From Lingula anatina (Eukaryota > Animalia > Brachiopoda): DNA of 64,000 bases. The DNA is taken from assembly GCA_051362555.1 (NCBI GenBank), contig CM120641.1, positions 20,460,001 through 20,524,000 of the forward strand. The letters run 5' to 3'. Positions 26,801 to 38,800 of this stretch are shown here, piece after piece (position 1 is the first letter of the stretch; the number at the start of each line of letters is the position of its first letter). The position numbers and the translations under genes are program-made. The notes under the pieces are model-generated. The model ran no database searches. It was given only the letters and a program-made list of their open reading frames with translations, and was not told where the DNA came from.

Positions 26801-29800
26801 TCACATTACATGTCATTCAGCTACAACAGGAGTAGCTTTATAAATATAACAGTGCATTTACAGTTACAGTTACCCCCTGCGGGGAATCTATTCAGTGTCT
26901 AATCGGAAATTAAGGGGCAAGCTTTTTAAAGGGTCGCCGTACATTTGATCCACGGATCTGTTAGTCTGCTGTTCTGAATACGCTTTAAGTCGCATTAGCC
27001 TGCTATGGGGTCTGATTCACAAGGGCTATAGCCCGAAACTGGTCCCAACTATCAGACCCAAATTTATGTATTTATGTCCACACTAACACAAGATTAATCA
27101 ATAGTAGTACAATATAATGGCATACTGCGCTTGCTATATAACAGGAGAAACAGGACTTATCTTTCAGACCAAAATCTACATTATTTTAGTGGACTACAGA
27201 AGATTCATCTTAAACTACCAGTAAGTAGGCCAAATTTGGAGTCTAAAAATCTAGACCAATTCTGGCGCTACGTGCGATACTACATCACTTCGTTCGTCCA
27301 ACAGACATCTAAACAAGAACTTACATCAACTGCGTCTATGGCGTTAGTCATAATAGGCACCCACCCCTTGAATGTGGCCTGAAAGAGCAGACAAGCAAAA
27401 CAACTCAAATTTTCTCCATGAATAGTTTTAGTTTTACGATTTTAACGGATTTAATATGTCATTTACGGATACAAGAGATACATTTGGATTTTTTTAATGA
27501 AAAATACAACGTAAGCTTGCTTCTACAAAATAATGTAGCACAGGGCCAATGCGTGGTGCTTAAATCTTGGTATTTCACAGCTTTAGTTAAGGCCCCTATA
27601 CAAGAATGCCGGTATCATACTAATATATGTTTATATTCTGTACATGAATGGGTATGTGGAAAATATAGGATGACCTCTTTTAGAACTTTTCAGATTACAA
27701 TATGTATAGGGGCCTAGTTACAGTTACTCTAAAATCTTAACGGTCGTCCTAATGTATCATCTAAAATATTTCGTTGTAACTGTATTTGAAAAAAAAAACA
27801 CATTAAAATTATTTCCTGTGGTAGAGGTGATTTGTGGATACATACCACTTGCAACAGCGCAAGATATCCCACTAACGCGTTATCGAAGGTTATGCTTGGG
27901 GCCGACCACGTCAAGTTATGCGCCGAACAATTATCGCGCGTGTATATTCCCGTCCATTCAGCCACAACTATGGTGCCATTGTCCCACTTGCAGCTGTAGA
28001 ATTTTCCGGCCAGTAGATTGACGCCCATGATGGAGAAAATCAACCAGAAGATCAGGCACACCATAAACACGTTGCAGATAGATGGAATGGCTCCTATTAA
28101 GGCGTTAACAACCACCTAGAATATTGTACAAAATAATGGTTAGTTTACAAAGGAACGAGTAAGACACGCGTATGCCCTCATCCAATTTTAGAAAAAAAAA
28201 AAATTAGATTTAAGAAAAGCATGGTAATCGTGATGGTCCACAGGTGGCTATAGATAGCAACAAATGGCAAAAAATTACTGATTAGAAAATGATCTAAAAC
28301 CGAGCCTGGATGCAGTGTTTCGATCCAATAAATAAGATGGTGTGACGATGGACATTACATGGAATAGTTTCGAAAGTTTACTGAAAATCTGTTACTAGAA
28401 GCATATCGCACCAGCCATTCGCCTCTTTACCTTTAGCATTTACATCATACGGTATGACACTTTTTTTATAAATAATTAATTTGCTTATGTCGTAATGTTT
28501 TGAAGATGGACTCCATATGTATAGAAAGAATGCTTTGTCTAAAGACGTTTAACAAAGTAGGGACATGTATTCAGATAATGATACAACTTAAGTTCAGGCA
28601 ATTAAAAACAGAAATATTGTTATCAAATCAACATTACTGATGCCAAAATAACAACCATTTTGTAATCAGATCTTCTAATCTGTTAGTACACCAAATTAAA
28701 AAAAAAAACACGAGTAAAAACACAACCTTTTGTTAGACTGGATTCTATGTTAGGGTTTGTATTTTGGCTGTGGTAAAATGACAGATATGCACAGAAAAAA
28801 TGAAGCACAAAATGCTAAATTTACACGATCTGTGATAAGTATTCTAACACCTGTAACCGTGGCTGGACGAAAAGGTAGTTTGTATGAGCAATTCTAGGGA
28901 GAGGAGGAAGGGGAGTGATCTACTTTTTTCACTCAAAAGACGAGGTCAAATTATTACGCTTATAATAAGCATTCGCTTATATGTCAGGGCCGTAGCCTGA
29001 GCAAAATGCCAGGGGGGGGGGAGTAATCGGACACGAGGGGGCGAAGCCCCCGAGGGGGTAAGGTTTGGTAGGGGGTGTCCCCCTCCCACAGTGTGGAAAA
29101 TTTTTTTAAACTGTATGTATAATACTGCATTCTGGTGCATTTTAACTGTTCTTTATTGATCAATCAGAAGTCAGAAATTGTGGGTTCATTTTGCCATAAG
29201 TAAAGTCATTTTCTCATTCTTTTGAGAGGTTCTATAGCGCTTGAATGACACCCGGAAAAGGTCGATCCGCACATTAAGGAGGCATCTAACCCCAAAATTG
29301 GCAAATTTTCAAACGAAGAAGGTAATTTCGGACAAAAAAGGGGGGATAAGGATCCCCTGGACCCATCTCTGTATCTACCTACATGTAAAATTATTCCAAA
29401 TAATTCATACGCTCAAAAAGAGCAGATAAATTTTACAGTTCAAATAAATTTTTCAAGATTACAATGTAGTTCATTAGTTTACAAAATTTATAGATCTCTG
29501 GAGTACTGGTATATAAATAATGTCTCACCTAACTTTTTTGGTGACAAAGTGTAACATTGACTGTTGAGAACTCGATCTTTTTCTCGATGGAGTCGTCATC
29601 ATCATCAACAAAATAAAGAAAATCTGTACTCTAAAAGATCAAGAAATAATCCTAGATTCCATTCAGTCTAGTCTGTGCTTTTCTGAAGTTATCTAATAGT
29701 TGCATTGCTGTGAACACATACACACTGTTGTTATTGTGCACAGGCCGACTCAGGCTGTGGGGTCAGTTTACATCATGTCCAGGCTAAACACCATGTAAAC

Positions 29801-32800
29801 TGATCCCACATACTGATAAGGGCCATACAACCTGTTCTCTGCAGGCTCAAAACAGCCCTCCCAGCTTTGTTGGGCAAACAGTCAGGGTAAACAATAACCT
29901 GATAACAGCCTCGGGGATAGAGTTGGCTAAAAACAGTACACCTTTGTAAACAGATTGTTGAATGATTGTCTAGTGGCCACGAGTGCATTTTCTCACAGAA
30001 TTGATACCAACTTTGCAATTATTTTTTTTTTTTACCTTTGCGATTATTTTTTTGCACCTCAAATCCCAGAGGGGGCAGCTGCCCCCCTGCCCCCCCCCCC
30101 CCCCCCCCCCGGAGGCTACGGCCCTGTATGTACCAAATCGATTTTTTGGGTGTAAAGTACTTACATTCTAAATTCATGAACTCCGTGTTATGTTTATGTT
30201 TAATGTTTTTTTTTTTTCGTTCCTTTGGATCACGATTACATTCTAGGTGACAATTCTCCAAGATAAATACAGTTCTTTCTAAGACAAACTCCATGAAAAA
30301 AGGATTTTGTACAATTCAAGTAAAGTTTCTAGTTATTGGTGTTGGAATATCTTTCAGTGGGTGACTTTGGTTTATTCGCACATGCATAAATCGTTGACGC
30401 TCGCATGGGCTTAATAAACCACAAATTAATTCATGCACAATAATTAATTGCAAATATAATACGAAACTAAATAAAAAAATCATTTTCATTATTTCATGAT
30501 GGTGGGGGGAAGGAGTGTTGATGGGTTGTGGTGAGGTAAACGTTACCTGTTAATTTTTACTTTTGTTGGGGACAATGTGGCGCTTGAGCATGGATATTCA
30601 TTACCTGGTTCAAAAGGGGAAGCACATTTTACCTATTTCAACCAGTCTGACTTACCCTCATTCCTTCCCACCGGGAAACTGCCCTCAAAGGTCGAAGCGC
30701 TCTCAGCGTTCTCATGGCACGAAGAGCACCTACATTCCCCCCAGAGCCCATTATCTCTGCTGCCAACCCGATCAGTGCAATCTGTATTTGTAAACGTTTT
30801 TACTTTATGTCTTTGAAAATACCAGTGCGAGAGTCAAGCCTCCAACTGCCACAAAGACTGCTTCTGTGCACCCGATTCGTAAAAATGAAATATCTGACAA
30901 TGCCTTCGCAGGGATCAGCGTCTGATCTACTTGACAGTATCTGACAGAGCACATAATTTCACAGGCCTAAAATCAAGATCTTCTCTAGCTGATGCAGTTA
31001 AGATGGCATCTTTACATGCCATTCAGTAAGCATCTATGAGAACACAGTTTACTTTTTTTGCGTAAATTACGACGTGGTCGTGGTTACTGTCAAATATTTC
31101 ACCTCTTCAATATTTTGGTGCAAAAACCAGGCTACTGGAATCAGTACGAGCCCAGGTAAACCGATTGCAGGCCAATGTCTTTTGGATGAGACATCCAATT
31201 TCTATGGAGCTTGACTCCCGTGTGTATAGACAGATATAGTACCATGTCAGTTGAATCTTACCCGCATTCCTTCCCATCGCGACACCGCTCTCAGAGGACG
31301 CAGGGCCCGCAGGGTTCTCATAGCGCGCATGGCGCTCATGTTTTTGCCAGCACCAGTTTCCGGACTAAGAAGTTCGAACATCACGCCCGCAACCGAGATC
31401 TAAATTTCAGTGTTAAATAATTGCAGACATGTAGCAAATAGGCTGGTAAAACAATATGAAATAATTAAACATAAAAAATAACCCTTTTCCGGTTTTACTT
31501 AAAAGAGTAATCAGCTGTGCAAAATTCACACAAAAATGAACATGAATATGATTTAGAACCGTATGCAAGGAGTAATGGTAACTTTCTGCCCTAACATTCT
31601 TTGTTATGTCTTTATCTGCCTCTGAGTTGCTAAAAACGAGCACCACAGAACTGCAATTTACTGTATGTTAAAGAACCGATTGTGACTTGATTGCCTGCAC
31701 ATGGTAGGACAAGATGGAAGGATAAAAAGGCTCGAGTGTCTGGCATTTTCCGTGTGTTGGTATATACTTCAGACTTTTAACAGTGTCGCAGCTGCCTCTT
31801 CACGCGTTTCGTTTAAAAACGCCTAAAAAACCTTAACTTTTCAGTGAATCTGTAATGTTCTGTGTTAGAATTATGACAATTGTGTAAAATTAATTTCAAA
31901 TCAGAGTACACTTAGAATTATATACACACAGCAGGAACATTTTATGCTGTGGCCATCAAGATTTTTTAATATCCCATTCCATTATAACTATGTGTATAAA
32001 GGTTTGTGATGACATAACGTGACATTGGGGTTTCTTCGTAAGCATCATAACAGTTAAGAAAAGGTCGCCAGCTTGACATTACTGGGTATAGTGCCTTTTT
32101 AGCCTCGTACTCAATTTGCAAGGCAATCTCTTCAGAAGAAACACCTCCAGTGTTGCTAGATTTACACAATACAGGTTTTCAACTGATTTAATAATAAAGC
32201 ATACTGGTGTCCCTTATTTCTAAGTATTTTTTTTAATATTTTTACGAAATAATAAGCAAATGGATCCAACATTGGCACTTTTGAGGTAGCACGTTTTACT
32301 TTGAACCACCAAAGTAATGTGGTCGTGTTAAAATTTTGTAAGGTGGATCATTATCGTAAGTAATAAAGTTTTTATTTAAGGTGTTTTTGAGATCCAAATT
32401 GTTGTTCCTGATTTTTGTGGGAATGATGTGCCTCTCCCTTGATTTAATTTAACAGAGCTGTTTTCACAATTTCTCTAAATGTTTTAGTATCAATAAGTAA
32501 TGATGGAAACTCCTATCAATTCTAAGGCGTTGGAACGGTATCATCCTCTCTGCATCTAAGTGGGCTGACCACACGCTCAGCATAACACTCAGAAGGCGTA
32601 AGAAAATGTCTCTAACATTTCTGGCATTTTTACAGTTGAATTTAACTGTTAAGGTATAAGGCAAATTCTGACTAAGGATATGATTAAAAGTTAAACGATC
32701 GAATCAGTTGACATGACAAATTCTTAAATTCAGTTGCTTTGAACCACACATTTCCATCACTTGAATAGGTAGATTATGACTGAATCCAGTGGATTGTTTT

Positions 32801-35800
32801 GAACCATTCAATTCGGTTAAGATAAACCTTTTTCATTTGGTCAGTTACCAGTTACAGATTAAAAGCAACCGTATATAAACGGTTATAATTGAAGTGGTTA
32901 TATCTAAATAAATGTATTCTTTAAAAGTAACCGAATTATTAACCGCTTGAATTGGTTAAAAGGTCAACTGATTTTGATACAGTTAGGTCAACTGAATATT
33001 TAGGATGATACAGTTAGGTCAACTAAATATTTAGGATGTATATTGACTGAGTAAATCGCTTAATATTGAACGCATTTTCGGTTAAGTTTAACTGATCAGT
33101 TTTAAGAGTGTGAGCACACATGCTTTATCGAGAATATACATTTGGTCATAAGTGATTCGTCGCGCAAACGCAGCTTTGTAAGGTCTGAAAGTTACCACTC
33201 CTTACGTTCAGTTCGAAAAAATGGATTCAAGTATATTCTGCATTTAAACTTAAATAAAAAGACAAAACAAATGCTTCAGAAGCAGTTTTGAATGTAATTT
33301 TTTAATCAAGTATATACAAAATTATTTTAATAATACTCAATCGTGCCAAACGAAACAAAATCGGTAAACTAATTGTCAATTTAACTGTTACAAAACGGTA
33401 AATTATTTCTTCTCAAGAAAAATAAGAACACAGAAAAACTTAGAAAAAATATAATTGCCAATAGAAGAATTTGCGACGTGTAGCCAGATTCTCCGCAGCG
33501 GAGACGACAACGAGACGAAAGAAGAACAAGTCTTCGATTTTAAATTCAAGTACATCAATTTTACAACAAGCAAAGCAGATATAGCTTGACAGTGGAGAAC
33601 TATAGGTATTAGGTAACACCGCGATACTGAGAGGCTGCCTCGGGAGAGGAATGCTAAGTAGTATTATAGTACAGTTTTATAGCGTGTGGATGCAATGGAA
33701 ACACAGTACAAAGGTGAAATATATATATGAGTGTGTGCATATTTAATGTGTCCCATATACACACACCATCTAAAATACAGAATAGTCTGACAGCACTTAT
33801 CACACACACACACCCCAGCTATCACTCAGATGATTACATTCGAGAGAAAACAGTATAGAACAGTTGTACAAATCAAAATTAATATGTTATTAATACAAAA
33901 GATTTTAAAAACCATAAAGTGATAAAACCTTAGATGATACAGCACAGAAGAGCAAAAAATTAAGCAGAATAAATGTTTAATTTAACGCGGATTTTTAACG
34001 GCAAAGATAGAAGAAAATTCCATTTTAAACACTGAATTTAGATTTAGTCCAACAAAAAAGCTTCACAATGTGTATTCTTCTGATAATTTTGTAGTACAAA
34101 TCTGGAAGAGTTGATCAAAACTCGCATCCTGTCTATAGATGGCACATTTTACATTTAAGTTCCTAAAGATTTGAATGAGTTTGACACACACAGAGGAGAA
34201 TCGCCAATGTTTCACGTACGCGTACATAGGCCTACTATTCATTTTGACTAGCATTGCAACAAAAAAACTTGACGATATTAAAATGTTTGTCTGATGAATT
34301 CACCAGAGAATAATAAAGAAGGAAAATGAATTTTGGTCATTTGACAGACCGAACAGCGAACAGATAGTTACTAAGTGTTCGGCGGTACTGCCAACAGACA
34401 AACATAAAGCAAAGATAATACATGTAGAAACCCACTCCCGACATGCTGACTCGCAGGGCAATAATACAAAACAAAACAAAACAAAACAAAACAAAACACA
34501 AAAAAGCTTACAGGGACATTTACCTTAAGACTTCATTCAACATGTATGGATTGACTCATATCCATATTGTATGAAACTATATTAGCAAGTACAGTAGCAT
34601 GGAGAATATTTGGTTGTGTAGTAGGCCATACACAATGCAAGAGCACATACAACTAGCTACTACGTAAATCCATTCATCAGAGTTCTTAGGAAATCCGAGT
34701 GATAGTTGACATCTCTAATGTGCGCGTCAGTAAGGATATGCACAAGCAATTATGGAATTTTTGTTGCTGATACGTGTGCTCGATTTAGTTACCATAAAAA
34801 CATACCTGTGCTTTTAATGCAAAAATAAGGTTTGATTCAGTTTCATTATCTCTTATCGAGCTTATCATCTCTTCGGTTGGTGTCAAAGAGAATAGCCGTA
34901 AATGTCGGAAGAATATCAGTGTTCGATGACGGTGCATTTTGTGTTGGCATCGAGCTCATGCTGTCTCGAGATACACTGTCATACATTGGGTGGAAAGAAC
35001 CGCACCGAACCCCAGTCTTCCAGTACAAAAGCATCGTATACTTTAATTCAGTGATATTTCCATCTTTGTTGCGTTATTATGATGTCACTGGTATAGTTGA
35101 CCTATCAAAAGCTTTTGCAATATTAAAGAAACGCAATGTCGGTGCCATGTGGAAGAGAGTCCCCTGTGAAACAAGTTGTGGTTTCCATTGTACAGGTTCC
35201 CATTACAGGTAAGCTCCGTCCTAGACCCACTTACGTCACGCTTTACCTAACCAGTATGAATCTAATGGCGGGCAGACTCTCTGTTACACAGTCTGTTAAC
35301 AACAAAATGAAGCATGGCGTTGTATTAGATGGAATCTCTAAGAATAGATTGTTTTAGTCCGTCTACCACTGCACACTTACATACTGTTACAAAGTAGCTA
35401 AGTCAAAGAGTATATGACAGAAAAATAATATCTGATGCCTTTATAGTATTATGAATTGACTGATATTATTTCGAATTATTGTAGTTATTTTTGAAAAATC
35501 AAAACTTGGAGTTTGGTGCGTGTTTTATCCACCCGAAATAAACATACAGAAATAAAATCCATCCAGTGCCAGAGGGTCAGTTTTAAATATAAATGATGCC
35601 AATACTAAAAATGAATTTTTGGCACTTTATGGATGTTATTTCTTAAAGAGTACTGTAGCACAATTAACACCACTACACAGAATACTTACGAGGCTTTGGA
35701 TTAGTTACTGTAATTACTTACCCCAACAATAATCACGTCAAGCCAGCACCAGGCATCCGTGAAGTATTTATGTAATCCAAATGCTAGCCATTTGACAATC

Positions 35801-38800
35801 ATTTCTATGACGAAGACTATGGTAAAAAATTTGTCGAATATTTCCAAAACCAGCTGCAGTGTTGGCCTGTCCTTCAGATAATAGTCTTCTACGGCCTGCA
35901 AAAGAAAAATAAATGGAGTCCCTTCAGAATAAGATTCATTGACCGATTGTGTGTCAGTTGGTTCAGACAACAAAATGAAGAAAATTGACCTCCACAAATC
36001 CGATTACTTTAAGAACGATTCCATGTGATATCCCTGACAAGAGGTATTCTCCTTGGGTTAAGAGCAATTTTTTCCTATTCACAAAAAATTGCTTGGTCCG
36101 TCCCTCACTTGATTTGAATTTTTATTCCTTTTTCAATTTAATAATTTAGTTTCAATCGACTGGTCAGTCAAATTGACGAAATCTGCCGTGACGCGCATTG
36201 CCTCGTTCACAAAAGAAACTTTTACTTAAAGATACATACAAAGTCAATTTTTTTGGTCATCAAAACCAACCAAATACCAGCATATAGTTTTAAGTAGTAT
36301 AACTAAGAGAACTACCAAAAGACATTGTTTAATTTTACCCGAAAGTGATGTTTGAACAGATTTTTCTGCTAGCATTCTATGCTGTATGTCAATGGGGCAG
36401 AAAAGTAGATCACGAAAGTAGGTTAAATTGACAACCAAAAATTTAAAGAAAGGAGCACTCTAAAGCTCCTTTAAGGCTGATCGAGTGGTCTATTCAGTTT
36501 ATCCCTTGACATGTCGAATTTATTAGAGTCGTATAAGAAACTAGTAGTAGTGGTTTACATGTGTTACTGGGAATCCACGCTCCACCGATGCTCGGTTCGT
36601 ATGTACCTTTAAAGAGGTTTATTTGGGGAATTTAAGCAGCTTTACAGGACATGAATATGACTGTGGGAGTTTTCAAACTCATGGTTAGAAATTCTAAAAT
36701 ACAGTTTGGCGGATATTCCATGGAGTAGCCCTTCAAGGTAAGAAATAATGGATTTGGGAATTTTTCACAATCAATCTGTTCAGACTTATGTGAACACTGC
36801 TTCAAGTTTTTTTTTACTTACAAGCGCCATGCTGCTCATAATGATGCATATGATGATGAAAGTTTCAAAATAATTGTGCTCCACGAGTTGGTAGGCCTTG
36901 CAACGAATAGCCCAAAACTTTTTGCAAAAGTCCGTCTGTGTGCATGGGACAAAGCATGCGCACTTGGCTGTCCACCTGGCGGGAAAACAGTCATCCGGGT
37001 ATTTTATGTACGTCACATCAACCTCATTAGGTTCCGGATCTCCCGCTTCTAGTTGGTCCTCTCCCTCTGCAAGAGAAACTAAGCTTCCGGGTTTTTCCGG
37101 TGAATCACCCTTCTTTTCAGAGCCGACTTCTTCAGTTGGTGTCACAGGATCTTGCTTTTTGCATAGCGAGTCTTCACTTACAGGTCGGGTTGGCGGTTCA
37201 TCTGCGTGCGATCTTGTCGGGCTTTTACCCTCATCTTCGCAGGTGAACGATGCCCCACTATCCCTGTTTCCACAACCATTTTGCCTAGATCCGTCGAAGT
37301 TAACTTGACTTTCTACACGAGAAAAAAAGCATTATATTTTTATAGATAAAAAAGCAGTTTAATTGAAAAAAAACAAGCTACAAAAAGATGTGCTCCGTAT
37401 GACTCAACAATCATCACTGCTGCCTTTACTCTTTTAATATTGTTTTGTGGCAGTGTATTCGTTCTTTCATTCTACAATAAATAAAACTAAACGTTATTCA
37501 ATATTGATGTAACAAGAGGAATGATATTTTGGGAGCGAACCGTGTCACAGGTATAGTATCGAAGTACGTGTAATGATATTGCATGTGCGGTGACATAAGT
37601 ATGTTAGTGAGTTTGTGTAGAGATACAAGCGACTTATGAAAACTCAGATAAAACGGCAGTTGCTCGGTTCAGAAAATGGAAAGGCTGCTTTCGGGCTACA
37701 TCAGCTTTGAAGAATATAATTGGACTTTGACTATAATTAATCATATTACCTTTTGTCCCTTTTTCCATAGCCTCCAAAGCATCTTTTTCTTTCACAGCGC
37801 CATTGTGCATTGGAACCTCACCATCTACCATGTCTTTCGAGTTTTCTTTTCCATTAACTGCTACTGTCGTTACATCTGTCGCAGAACCGCCTCTTTTGAT
37901 AAACATTTTTCTGAGCCTAAGAAAACCTTCCACGATTTTCATCTTGATAAAATTTTTAAATCGGGATATGCGGTCGAATGCTTCTGCTATTTTGTTAGGC
38001 TCCTCTGGTTCAGAGTCATCCGAGTCCGAACCCAGAGAGTCCGCCGAAAAGGAACTCAACAGCAAGGCTAAAAACAAGTTCAGCACCTGGAAATAGGACA
38101 CACAGGTATAATTCTGATATGATGTTTGACATGACAGCCAATATCATGCATTGCGCCACAGTAAAAACATCAAATAAAAAAACTGCACTTTTCGGATATT
38201 TCTACCGGGCATATTGATGATGAATAATAAAATTCTATATTCCATTAAAAACCATATCAAGTTAAAGTGAAAAACAATAAATTGCACTACACAGCTATTG
38301 AAAAAAAAAAAACGTAAAGCTATCCGCATCTTGTAGAAATTGACAAAGCTTACGATTCAGTAAAATTAGATAAAATTAACGTAAATCTATGTAATTTAAT
38401 AATTTAATAATGCTTATCTCACGTACTCACCACCAAGTTGCCGATAACAACAGTGAGCAGGAAGAATGGAACACACGAGTAGCCGACCGCTTGCATGCAA
38501 AGCCACATGTTCTCTATCCACTCTCCACAAAGTACACGGAACACAATCATAAAGGAGTGGATGAAGTCAGTAAAGTTCCACCTCGGCAATCCAGTGAAAT
38601 AATCCGGTCCGTATTTTTCTTTATAGCTCTCACCGAACAACTGCATCCCCAGAACAGCAAAGATAAAAATGACAATTCCCAAAACGATGGTAAGGTTTCC
38701 TAGGGCCCCCATGGTTCTTATCATGATGCTCATCAGCATGTTCAACGTGGGCCAAGATTTGGCAAGCTTGAACACTCTTAGCTGGAAAAATATAGATGCG

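Noticed and set aside
31400-35230. Possible further S3-S4 exon copies in the long DIII intron
   Set aside because: I found no additional RxLRxLR-encoding segment by eye. ORFs at 31966, 32464 and 34846 are not channel-like.
23558-38703. Plus-strand ORFs antisense to Nav1 exons (e.g. 23558, 36898, 37676, 37803, 38410)
   Set aside because: They are shadows of the coding strand and coincide with Nav1 exons.
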